Positions 9,590-18,313 of a DNA stretch of 64,000 bases are shown piece after piece. Below the pieces are notes generated by a model. That model was not told where the DNA came from and searched no databases. It saw only the letters and a list, made by a program, of their open reading frames with translations. The stretch covers positions 96,001 to 160,000 of the forward strand of contig JAXGYC010000007.1 in assembly GCA_040772485.1 (NCBI GenBank), in the 5' to 3' direction. The number at the start of each line of letters is the position of its first letter. The first letter of the stretch is position 1. The stretch comes from Sedimentisphaerales bacterium. GTDB lineage: Bacteria; Planctomycetota; Phycisphaerae; Sedimentisphaerales; Anaerobacaceae. Made by a program: the position numbers and the translations under genes.

Positions 9590-12500
9590 CTACTTGCCGC
9601 TTTGCTGCAGAAGTTGTTCGATCTCGGTTCGCTCCTCGGGCGTGAACGCGGGGTTCGCCCGGTCGATCTCCAACGCATCCTGCAGGTGCTTCTTCGCCGA
9701 ATCGACGTCGCCGAGTTTCGCGCAGGTCCGGCCCAGTTGCAGCAGTGCCTTGGCCCGCGGCGCGGTGCCGGGCTCCGTCAGCTTCAGCAGTTCCTCAAAA
9801 TCGGTCTTCGCATCGGACAGGCGGTCGACCTTCGAGAGGATCGTGCCCCTGGTGTCGAGCAGATGCCGGCGGTCTGTGTCGCTGCCTCCCAGACGGAGTC
9901 CGTTGTCGGCCAGCTTCAGGGCCGCCTCGTAGTCGCCGTCCTGCTCCTGGATGATCCACGCCAGGTCGTTAAGGACTTGCGTGTTGTTCGGATAGGCATC
10001 GAGCAGTTCCTGGTACGTCTGTTTGGCCTTCTCGACGCCTGCCGTTCGATAGAGCGCCGAGGCCAGCCCCAGACGGGCGTCGGCCAACGTCGGCCAGGTA
10101 TTCACGGCGTGTTCGAAGAGCTTGACGCCCTCGCTTCGCAGGGCCGGCGTGTCCAGGGACGCCAGCACCCCCGCCGCCCGGGTCACAATCGCCGGGTCCT
10201 GGTTTTCGCAGGCGATGTACGCCGCACTGATGCCGGCCAGGTCGTCCCAGCGCGACTGCGCCGCCAGGCACAGGAATCGGGCGTGCACCACCGTCTGGCT
10301 CTTCGGCGCGACCTGCGCGGCTCGATCGAGCCACGCATAGGCCGGCTCGAAATCGTGTGCAAGACGATGCAGATCCACGAGCATCACGATCGCGTCCAGG
10401 TCCTTCGCGCCCGCGTCGCTCTGACAATAGGCGGTCAGTTCAGCGATGCCTTTCTCCGGCGTCCCCAAACCCACCAGGATATTCGCGTGGGCCATCAACA
10501 GGTTCACATCGGACGGAGCCTGGGCCAATTCGGATTCGATCCATTCCTGCGCCCCCGCCAGGAGCGTGGGATTCCGGCGATCCGCCGCCTTGGCGCTGAC
10601 GATGCGCATGGCCTCGACTCGGTTGGGATCGTCCCGGCCGATCGCACGAGCCGATCGAATCGCCTCTTGCAGGAGGCTGTCCTGTTCCGTCATCAGGCCG
10701 ACGTCCAACAGCACGTCCAGGGCCGGTGCGTAGTTCGGGTCCTCGGCCAGCGCCAGGCGCGCCATCTCCGTAGCCGGCTGTGCATTGCCCAGGACGATCT
10801 CGATGCGACCTCGCGCCGAAAGCAGCGACGGAGCCTTGGGATTGGCCCCCACCGCTCGAATCGAGTAGGTGCGCGCCGCCTCGATCTTACCGGATTGCAT
10901 CGCGGCGTTGATCAACATCAGGTGGGCGCCGACATCCGTGGGTGTCTGCGCCACAACCTTCTCCAGCAGGGAAGTGCCTTGGGGATCTTCCTGCCGCAGC
11001 AGCTCCACGGCGCGGGTTCTCATCAAGTCGGGGTCCTGCGGCAGCGCCTCTTCGAGCGCCCCGAGCATCGCCAGGGCCCTTTCGCGGTCCTGCCCCTGTC
11101 CTCGCTGGAGCAGCCGCTTCATCAGCGCCCGCTGCAACGCCAGGTCCTTCGGGTGCGCGCCCAGCCCCTCTTCCAGCGCGCCGATGGCATCGTCCAGGCG
11201 GCCCCGGCGGACGTAGAAGTTGCTCAGCAGCCCGTAGCCGCCCACCTGCTGGTCCTTCTCCTCGAACGTGGTCAGCTTTCTGTAGTCTGCCTCCGCCTGC
11301 GACCACTGTTCCTGACCGGCGTGGTAGTTCGCGCGCATCAGGTACGCGACGAAATCCTCCTTGCCGGCCACGTATCGATCGACGACCTGCTGCGCCTGAT
11401 CGGTGCGTCCCTGGGCCTTGAGGATGGCCGCACGCACCATGACCGTCGTGGACGACGGGGACGCAATCGCCTCCGCTTCGTCCAGCAGCTTCAGAGCCTG
11501 GTCGGCGTCGTTCATCTTCTCGTGCAGCAGCCGGGCCAGGACGATACGCGACTGGACGTCGCGCGGGTCGTTCGCGATTCGCAGCCGCAACTCGTCGACG
11601 GCGTCCGAGATGTCTCCGGCGCGTATCGCGGCGTTGACGTTCCACGCGCTGACGACGCGAGGATCGGCATCCACCTGCTGACGGACCGCCTCCGCCTCCA
11701 TCGCACGGCCCTGCGCCTCCAGCAGCGTCACCAGCTTGTCGGCAAGGACAACCGCCGAGGGGTTCCGCGCCAGGGTCTGGCGGCAGACCTCTTCCACCTT
11801 CCCAAGGTCCCCGGCCTTCTCGTACAACTGCGTCAACAACAGCGGCGGCGCCGTCCACTCCGGATCGGCATCGCGGCAGTACTGGAGCAGATCGGCGATC
11901 CCCTGCTGCTTCGTTCGCCAATCGTCTCGCGATAGCCACGTTGCGGCCCGATACAGACGCCACAGCAGGCCGCTTTCGCCCTCGGCCTTCTCCAGTTGCG
12001 CAACCAGCTCATCCGCTCGCGCCGGGTCGCCCTGGACCTCGCGGAGATCCAGGAGCATGGCGCGGACCTGAATGTCGCGCGGGTTGCGCGCCGCCAGGTC
12101 GCTGAGCAGGGCGATGCCGCCGGCGCGGTTGCCGCGCATCAGTTCCAGCGACGCGCGCCGGATGGCGATGGACCGCTTTGCCGACTCGCCGGCCACACTT
12201 TGCGCCGCCTCTTCCAGACAACGGATGGCGGAATTGGGGTCGCCGGCCGCCACGTGCAGCCCCGCCAGGGCCAGCCACGGTTCGGCCAGCTCCGCGTGCC
12301 GGGTGCATGCCGCGCGGCCTTCCTGGAGCGCCTTGTCCATCTGCTTCTGCTGGAAGTACAGCCGGACGAGCTGCATCGCCGCCGGCAGAGGCCTGTCGCA
12401 TTCCTCCATCGCCAGGCGCAACTGCCGCTCGACCTCCGCCAGCTTCTGCTTCTTGAGCGTCGCATCCGTTTCGCTCTGGGCAAAGTAATTCCCGATCACC

Positions 12501-14149
12501 GCCTGGAGCACTCGAATATCGACCCGCCGGGCGTTCTTCTCGTCCTTGCGCAGGCCGGCCAGCTCCGCCTCAAGCTCCCGCAGCCTGGCCACATCCGGCG
12601 CACCTTGCTGTCCAGCGGCAAGATGCAGGCCCGCCTCGATTCGCAGCACGTTCAGATCGACGTCGCCGGGATAGAAACGGCAACCCTCTTGAGCCGTCTC
12701 GAAGGCCCGCGTCCAGTCCTGCAACCCCAGGTAGTCTTTCGTCAACTGCAGCACGATCGCCAGATCACGCGGCCGATCCGCGAGGTAGCGGCGCATCGCG
12801 TCGACGGCACGTCGGGTCTGGCCGGTTCGCGTGAACGCCTCCGCCAGCAGTCGCAGGAATTCCGGCGCCGTGGTCCCCGTGGCCACCAGCGGCTGGAGCG
12901 ACTCGATCACCGCGTAGGAGTCGCCCTTGGCCCGGGCGACCAGGGCCTTGAGGAACGCCAGCTCGGCCTTCGCCTCGCCCGCCCTCTGGCGGGCATACAA
13001 TGCGTCCTCGTACTCTTTCAGATACGCCCCGGCCTTGGCGATGTTGTCCTCGCCGCCGGCGCCCACGTACAGCCGTATGGCGTTGGAATACATGGCGAGC
13101 CGGTGCCCCTTGGATTCCAGCTTCTCGAAGACCGACTCGGTCATCGCCGCGCCTTCGACGAAAGCCCCCTTCCGCATCGCCAGCTCGGCGGCCACGTCGT
13201 AGCGGTCGACCACCCACGTGTCGGGATCGAAGTAGCGTTCCGCAATGGCCGCCTCGGGCAGGCGGTCGGCCGCCTCCAGCTCGGCCGCGACCTTGTCATA
13301 CTCGCCGTGAGCCATCCACTCGCGGGCCAGAAACAGGCGGACCCTCGCATCGTCCGTGCCGTGCTCATCGGCGGCGAGCAGGTCCTTTCGGGCCAGGTCC
13401 CGTCTCTCGGCGCCGCTGACGCCGGGGACGTTCGCAAGGCGATAGAAGCGCGCGCGGGATGCCAGGGCCTCGGCCGATTGCGGGAAACGATCCACCGCCT
13501 TGCTCAGCCAGCCCAGCGCGCCGGTCATGGCCTCCGGCGTTCCGCCGGCGATCTCCAGGCTGCTCATGTGCGCGCAGGCCCGGATGTACTCGATGTGCTC
13601 CTGCGGGTCGGATTCGAGTCGCTCGATCAGCTTCGTCAGCGTCGCACGCGCCTCCGGCAGCCGGTTCAAACGCACCAGCGCCTCACTCTGCCACAGCGAC
13701 GCCTTGACGTCGTTCGGCTCGTGCTCCAGCCGCTTGCCGGCGATGTAGACCAACTCCTCGGAAGCGCCCCTGGCGGCATAGATCGTCGCCAGCTTCTCAT
13801 AGGCGACCTCGTCGAGCGGGTCGAGCTGGATCACGCGGCGGTACGCGCCGACGGCGGCCCCGAGATGGGCCGGCTCCAGCGGGCGGACCGACAGCCGCGC
13901 CTGGGCGTACTTCTTGAGGATCTCGATGTCATCGGGATTGCGGCCGAGGTACTCCTGAAGGTGCTTGTAGGCGTTGACCCAGTCGCCCTTCTCGAAGGCG
14001 GCGGTCCCGGCCTCGAAGTCCATCTTCGACAGGATATTGCGGCGTACCTGACGGGCCACTACCAGCGAGACCCCCAAGGCCACAATGACCACGATCACGA
14101 TGACCAGCACCTTGACGTTGACCTTCGCACTGCGGTTCGCATGACGCAT
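9590..14149 (-). CDS. Large membrane-anchored TPR-repeat protein (PrsT-like, exosortase-system associated)
   Basis: N-terminal TM segment, then ~1450 aa of TPR-like helical repeats; VLNDLAW and LLDTRG near the C-terminus; adjacent to PEP-CTERM genes. Confidence 0.85.
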   Translation of the reverse strand: MRHANRSAKVNVKVLVIVIVVIVALGVSLVVARQVRRNILSKMDFEAGTAAFEKGDWVNAYKHLQEYLGRNPDDIEILKKYAQARLSVRPLEPAHLGAAVGAYRRVIQLDPLDEVAYEKLATIYAARGASEELVYIAGKRLEHEPNDVKASLWQSEALVRLNRLPEARATLTKLIERLESDPQEHIEYIRACAHMSSLEIAGGTPEAMTGALGWLSKAVDRFPQSAEALASRARFYRLANVPGVSGAERRDLARKDLLAADEHGTDDARVRLFLAREWMAHGEYDKVAAELEAADRLPEAAIAERYFDPDTWVVDRYDVAAELAMRKGAFVEGAAMTESVFEKLESKGHRLAMYSNAIRLYVGAGGEDNIAKAGAYLKEYEDALYARQRAGEAKAELAFLKALVARAKGDSYAVIESLQPLVATGTTAPEFLRLLAEAFTRTGQTRRAVDAMRRYLADRPRDLAIVLQLTKDYLGLQDWTRAFETAQEGCRFYPGDVDLNVLRIEAGLHLAAGQQGAPDVARLRELEAELAGLRKDEKNARRVDIRVLQAVIGNYFAQSETDATLKKQKLAEVERQLRLAMEECDRPLPAAMQLVRLYFQQKQMDKALQEGRAACTRHAELAEPWLALAGLHVAAGDPNSAIRCLEEAAQSVAGESAKRSIAIRRASLELMRGNRAGGIALLSDLAARNPRDIQVRAMLLDLREVQGDPARADELVAQLEKAEGESGLLWRLYRAATWLSRDDWRTKQQGIADLLQYCRDADPEWTAPPLLLTQLYEKAGDLGKVEEVCRQTLARNPSAVVLADKLVTLLEAQGRAMEAEAVRQQVDADPRVVSAWNVNAAIRAGDISDAVDELRLRIANDPRDVQSRIVLARLLHEKMNDADQALKLLDEAEAIASPSSTTVMVRAAILKAQGRTDQAQQVVDRYVAGKEDFVAYLMRANYHAGQEQWSQAEADYRKLTTFEEKDQQVGGYGLLSNFYVRRGRLDDAIGALEEGLGAHPKDLALQRALMKRLLQRGQGQDRERALAMLGALEEALPQDPDLMRTRAVELLRQEDPQGTSLLEKVVAQTPTDVGAHLMLINAAMQSGKIEAARTYSIRAVGANPKAPSLLSARGRIEIVLGNAQPATEMARLALAEDPNYAPALDVLLDVGLMTEQDSLLQEAIRSARAIGRDDPNRVEAMRIVSAKAADRRNPTLLAGAQEWIESELAQAPSDVNLLMAHANILVGLGTPEKGIAELTAYCQSDAGAKDLDAIVMLVDLHRLAHDFEPAYAWLDRAAQVAPKSQTVVHARFLCLAAQSRWDDLAGISAAYIACENQDPAIVTRAAGVLASLDTPALRSEGVKLFEHAVNTWPTLADARLGLASALYRTAGVEKAKQTYQELLDAYPNNTQVLNDLAWIIQEQDGDYEAALKLADNGLRLGGSDTDRRHLLDTRGTILSKVDRLSDAKTDFEELLKLTEPGTAPRAKALLQLGRTCAKLGDVDSAKKHLQDALEIDRANPAFTPEERTEIEQLLQQSGK

Positions 14150-14396
14150 GATAGGCTCTCTCAATCAACACAGGATTGCGGACTTATCGCCGTTTTGCAC
14201 CTACGCTGTAGTTATCGACTGCGGGCATGGCAGCCGTTAGCGTCGCGGAGGTTTTTGTCACGGGGACGTGCGGCCGAAGGCTCGCTCCGGCGGCGGCGTC
14301 CGCCGGACGAGGCCAAGAACCGCTCCACCGAGGCTGGAGCGGGCCTGATTATCGGAGTGCGACCGCCGCGCCCGCCGGCGCGGCACCCCACCGGCG

Positions 14397-14441
14397 CAAA
14401 GAAAACGGCCGGCAAGACCCGATAAAGGGCCTTGCCGGCCG
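14397..14441 (-). terminator. Rho-independent terminator after the PEP-CTERM array
   Basis: CGGCCGGCAAG...CTTGCCGGCCG stem followed by TTTTCTTT on the minus strand. Confidence 0.75.
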
Positions 14442-14489
14442 CCAAGAGACTACTTCACTGCAAAACTGCGCCTGTTCTCAGGCTCGTTG

Positions 14490-15209
14490 CTACGACCGCC
14501 TCCGCAGCCGCGCGCCGGCAACGCTCAACCCGAGCACACCCAGCAGCACTGCGCCGGGCAGGGGAACTACGTTCTCTATGCCACCGATCGTCATGTCATC
14601 AAAGCCAAAATAATCGGTGCCAGACGCTGAGTTGCTGATGGAGACGCTCGTGAAGGGGTTGGTGGTGTCAATGATACCCCAGAAGAGAGCCGAACCATCT
14701 CCCGGATCGCTATTGCTTCCATTCCCGATGTGATGCGGGATAGTGTAGATATGGGACACACCGTTGGCGGTCGTTACAGTGACTTGGCCGGTAAAATCTC
14801 CGATGTCGGTGCCGTAGAAGCCAAACGCCGCAATTTCTTCACTGAACGTAATTCCAAAGCTGCCAGTTGAACCTTCGACGTACTTGGAGCCGGAGATCGC
14901 GAAGCGACCGGTACTATAGCCACTCTGTATGGCCATGGATCCGGAAAACGTAGCAGTCCCTGCAGCCCCAAAATTGAGCGTTTGTCCATTCATGGCCGTT
15001 CCATCAGCGAAACCTTCGAAGGTTTCGGTGCCGACACCCACCAGCATGGATTGAAAGCTATTCGACGCGGTAAGTGCATTCGGCCAAGACGACACGGGGT
15101 CAGTAGTACCAGATCCGACGAGGTCCTGCCCAAAGTACGTCGTGACCTCAGCACTGGCGCTGCCGAGAACCACCAGAGCGATGATCGAAACTGCCATCAG
15201 CCTGTTCAT
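14490..15209 (-). CDS. PEP-CTERM-type (VPLPG) sorted surface protein
   Basis: Signal peptide; C-terminus VPLPGAVLLGVLGLSVAGARLRRRS. Confidence 0.9.
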   Translation of the reverse strand: MNRLMAVSIIALVVLGSASAEVTTYFGQDLVGSGTTDPVSSWPNALTASNSFQSMLVGVGTETFEGFADGTAMNGQTLNFGAAGTATFSGSMAIQSGYSTGRFAISGSKYVEGSTGSFGITFSEEIAAFGFYGTDIGDFTGQVTVTTANGVSHIYTIPHHIGNGSNSDPGDGSALFWGIIDTTNPFTSVSISNSASGTDYFGFDDMTIGGIENVVPLPGAVLLGVLGLSVAGARLRRRS

Positions 15210-15249
15210 CGTTACTTCTCCTCACTCCCTCAACTTGCCTTCAGAATGC

Positions 15250-15292
15250 CTTGGCCGGCGAAGCCTCGTTTTCGCGGCTTCGCCGCGCCAAG
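15250..15292. other. Intergenic stem-loop between PEP-CTERM genes
   Basis: CTTGGCCGGCGAAGCC-N10-GGCTTCGCCGCGCCAAG; no U-tract. Confidence 0.5.
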
Positions 15293-15332
15293 ACCGTTCA
15301 ATTCATCACACCATTCCGCGTGCCAAACGCCC

Positions 15333-16100
15333 TTAGCTGCGCTTGCGCAGCCGCGCGCCCGCGACGCTCAACCCGAGCACACCCAGCAGCACCGCTCCCG
15401 GAACCGGAACCTGGACCGACTCGACCATCACGACCATATCTGTGAAATCCCGGTCGCTGTAGCCAGCACCCTGGCCGTAGGGACCCGCGAGGTCCTCCCA
15501 AGCCAGAATGAACTCGCTATCGGTCCAAAGCCCGGAACCCCAAGGCGCTATCTGCACAGTGTCCGTGTTTGTTCCCTGATAGGCATACATGTGGTCCAAA
15601 CCGTCGGCAACATTCAGACTGGTGTCGCTATACCACAGACCGCCGCCGGTGTTTGCCGACGAGTCCAGGAAGTAGCCGAACCAGGTGGAACCGAAGTCAC
15701 CCTGCTTCACATGGTTGATATAGATTCCGCCAAGCGCGTCGACTGAAAGTGTCGTCTGCGCCCCCGCAGAAGCAGACCCGGCAAAGATGGTGACTTTGTT
15801 GGTCGGATTGGCTATGTCGTACACGCCAAAGATGTTATTGTCTTTGAAATCAGCAACTTCAATGATCATGGTGCTGATCGATCCACCGGTTGCCGTGATG
15901 TGCCACTGCTTGTCCTGTCCATCCACGATTTCATCGGTCAACACGTTTACGCTTGTCTGGCCGGCATTAGGCGCAACAGTGATATCGTCGAGGACTTTGT
16001 CGAGAGCTGTGCCACCATCGCCAAATACTGCCGCCATTGCCGGGGCGGCGTTGAGGGCCAGGACGGCGCTCAGAGCTACAAGTATCATCGTTCTTTTCAT
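15333..16100 (-). CDS. PEP-CTERM-type (VPVPG) protein with DUF4114-like domain
   Basis: Signal peptide; AWEDL...SDRDFTDMVVMV; VPVPGAVLLGVLGLSVAGARLRKRS; GGAGGA RBS. Confidence 0.9.
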   Translation of the reverse strand: MKRTMILVALSAVLALNAAPAMAAVFGDGGTALDKVLDDITVAPNAGQTSVNVLTDEIVDGQDKQWHITATGGSISTMIIEVADFKDNNIFGVYDIANPTNKVTIFAGSASAGAQTTLSVDALGGIYINHVKQGDFGSTWFGYFLDSSANTGGGLWYSDTSLNVADGLDHMYAYQGTNTDTVQIAPWGSGLWTDSEFILAWEDLAGPYGQGAGYSDRDFTDMVVMVESVQVPVPGAVLLGVLGLSVAGARLRKRS

Positions 16101-16133
16101 CAGTGTATCCTCCACCCACAAAGGGGGTTGCCG

Positions 16134-16697
16134 TCAGGCAACTCTGTTCTTGCGAAGTCTGGCGCCGGCAACGCTCAACCCGAGCATGCCCAGCAGCACC
16201 GCACCCGGAACCGGAACGGGGCTGCCGACCACGGTAAGCGTCGACGAACAGATCGTGGCGTCATCCGTCCAGTCAGGATTCCACATACTGCCGTTGTTCG
16301 TGTAGGTAAGCGTACCGGTGACCTCAACTCCATCCAGCCATCCCGCCTGCAAATTGAAAACTGTGTTTCCGCTTGCCAGCAGACCAAGGTAGTGGTCACC
16401 ACCATCCTTGTCGTAGAAGGTAACCCCGACAGACTCATCGCCCGAGTTGATCCCGCTGGCGTTGATTGTCAGAGTCACGCTGTCAATCAGGCCAAGAGTC
16501 ACCGCAGCCTCATAGTCACCACCAGCATAGGGATTGTTGTGAGGCCACGTGATGGAGTCCTCCGGCTTGAAACCATACCAACCCGCCCAAAGGTCCGCGT
16601 TTACTGTCACCGTCTCGGAGTATGTATCGGCGACGGCGGAGCCGGCGGTCAGGGCGATCAGCGCGGCGACGAGAATTGCAATACTGTACTTCTTCAT
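16134..16697 (-). CDS. PEP-CTERM-type (VPVPG) surface protein
   Basis: Signal peptide; VPVPGAVLLGMLGLSVAGARLRKNRVA; AAGGAG RBS. Confidence 0.9.
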   Translation of the reverse strand: MKKYSIAILVAALIALTAGSAVADTYSETVTVNADLWAGWYGFKPEDSITWPHNNPYAGGDYEAAVTLGLIDSVTLTINASGINSGDESVGVTFYDKDGGDHYLGLLASGNTVFNLQAGWLDGVEVTGTLTYTNNGSMWNPDWTDDATICSSTLTVVGSPVPVPGAVLLGMLGLSVAGARLRKNRVA

Positions 16698-16852
16698 TGT
16701 ACTTGCTCCTTTTCCTGTGAAAGCTTGTCAAAGTCCATTTCCCCTCCGTCCGCACGGTCGGAAGGGCGAAATCTGCGACGGCTCTGCCCGGCAGAGCGGG
16801 CGAGGCCATCAAGGCTCATGACAAGCTCGGAGGGGCCCGGGAGGCAAGTACA
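16698..16852 (-). promoter_or_regulatory. Predicted RBS-sequestering mRNA structure (translational attenuator)
   Basis: UGUACUUGC(C)UCC (16852-16840) is complementary to GGAGCAAGUACA (16709-16698). AGCUUGUCA (16827-16819) is complementary to UGACAAGCU (16730-16722). Two nested hairpins lie inside. Confidence 0.7.
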
Positions 16853-17376
16853 TCAGAGATGCATTGCGAGGTGCGCACCAGGATCGGGATGGTCCCGGCG
16901 CGATAGAGGGGCATGAGGCAGTCGGGCACATCGTCCGGCTGGACGAAGCAGACCGCCGCATGACAAAACGCATCGGGCCCCACAGCATGGCTGTGGCCAA
17001 TCTGCTGCGGAGCACCGCTGTGGTACCATTCAGGGATGAAGCCGAGGGAGCAACGCCGGACCCAGTGGCCCGAGCGGCACATGCCCAAACCGATCAGGGC
17101 GTACAGACAGAAATCGAGGCTGCTGCGGCCGTCCTTCAGGGCGATGGCCTGCGGCGCCTCGGTGCTCTCTTCGTCCGCGACGTGCACCGTCGCAGAGGCC
17201 GCGTTGCCCACGAGGTCCGCCCGGTCGGCGAAGCCGAACAGCAGGACCTCCCGGCAGCCCGCCTGGTCGAGACTGTGCGCTGCATCAGCCGAAGCCGGCG
17301 TGACGTCGGCGCGCACAGCAGCGGCCACGACGAGGACCGCCGCAACCGCAAGGATTGTCCTTTTCACCTCGACCAT
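16816..17376 (-). CDS. Putative secretion-monitoring leader protein with C-terminal RAPP arrest motif
   Basis: Signal peptide (AVRA/D); internal hydrophobic segment followed by RR; ends ...VLASRAPPSLS*. Confidence 0.7.
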   Translation of the reverse strand: MVEVKRTILAVAAVLVVAAAVRADVTPASADAAHSLDQAGCREVLLFGFADRADLVGNAASATVHVADEESTEAPQAIALKDGRSSLDFCLYALIGLGMCRSGHWVRRCSLGFIPEWYHSGAPQQIGHSHAVGPDAFCHAAVCFVQPDDVPDCLMPLYRAGTIPILVRTSQCISDVLASRAPPSLS

Positions 17377-17419
17377 GAGATCATCAACCCTTCACTCCGT
17401 GAACTATATAACCAGCGAT

Positions 17420-17449
17420 ACTGTACCACCGGCTTACCCAGTTTGTCAA
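17420..17449 (-). promoter_or_regulatory. Putative sigma70 promoter of the leader and PEP-CTERM operon
   Basis: TTGACA-N18-TACAGT, with TG immediately upstream as an extended -10 (TGG TACAGT). Confidence 0.6.
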
Positions 17450-17570
17450 GGGCCAGTTCGCTGATTTTGACGATTTTTTCTACAAAGCCTCCCCTTCCGC
17501 CATCTCTCGGACGCCGGAAGGGGCCAAGCTATGTATTATTCGTTGTATGAAAAGGACTTACGGCGACAGA

Positions 17571-18164
17571 CTACTTCGCGGTGCGTCTCCGCAGCCGAGC
17601 GCTCGCCACACCCAGGCCCAGAACACCCAGCAGCACCGCCCCTGGAACGGGAACCGGAGCGACGCGAACCAGCATGTCCTGGGCGAGACCCTGGCCCGGA
17701 GCCTGAGTCCAAAGATTCATCACCATGACATCGGCGGCACTGCCCGCGATGCTATTCAGGTAGTTCTGTGATCCCCCTTCTTCTTCCTGGTACCACAGGG
17801 CATTCTGAACATCGTTCGCGTTCGTCTCAGTGTGCGCCAGCGTATCCAGCCAGTAGTTGTATATCCTCTTGCTCTGGTCGTCGAGAAGATCTCCCGCCGG
17901 GCCTACCCCACCCTCTACCGCCCTGTCGCTGAGAGTCACCCAGTACTCGCCGTCAAGCTCGACGGTCTCGATGAGTTCGAGGCAGAAGGTGCTGATGAAA
18001 TCACCTTGCTCGTAGATGCCGATAGGGCTGTCCAACACCTCAGCAAGAAACTCGCCGCCAGTGGTGTTGCCAACGCCGTTGTGGATCTTGACCTTCATGT
18101 CTGCCAATGCCGGCACCGCCAACATGGACGCCACGACCACTGCCAAAACCGATCTCTTCACCAT
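17571..18164 (-). CDS. PEP-CTERM-type (VPVPG) surface protein
   Basis: Signal peptide; GGEF, TFCLE and QNALW motifs; VPVPGAVLLGVLGLGVASARLRRRTAK. Confidence 0.9.
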   Translation of the reverse strand: MVKRSVLAVVVASMLAVPALADMKVKIHNGVGNTTGGEFLAEVLDSPIGIYEQGDFISTFCLELIETVELDGEYWVTLSDRAVEGGVGPAGDLLDDQSKRIYNYWLDTLAHTETNANDVQNALWYQEEEGGSQNYLNSIAGSAADVMVMNLWTQAPGQGLAQDMLVRVAPVPVPGAVLLGVLGLGVASARLRRRTAK

Positions 18165-18240
18165 ACCCCTGCCTGCCTTCCTCATTCAATTGACCGTACC
18201 AGCGCCTCTCTTGGCTCCGCGCAAACACACACACGCCTGT

Positions 18241-18269
18241 ATTTTATCCGTTAATCTGGGAAAGCACAA
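18241..18269 (-). promoter_or_regulatory. Putative sigma70 promoter
   Basis: TTGTGC-N17-TAAAAT in an AT-rich spacer. Confidence 0.5.
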
Positions 18270-18313
18270 GCAGAATTACGATGTTAGGATAGGATATTTT
18301 CTCCGTGTGGCGA

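Noticed and set aside
15311..15327. Sigma54-like TTGGCACG upstream of a PEP-CTERM gene
   Set aside because: The -12 element reads ATGG rather than TTGC.
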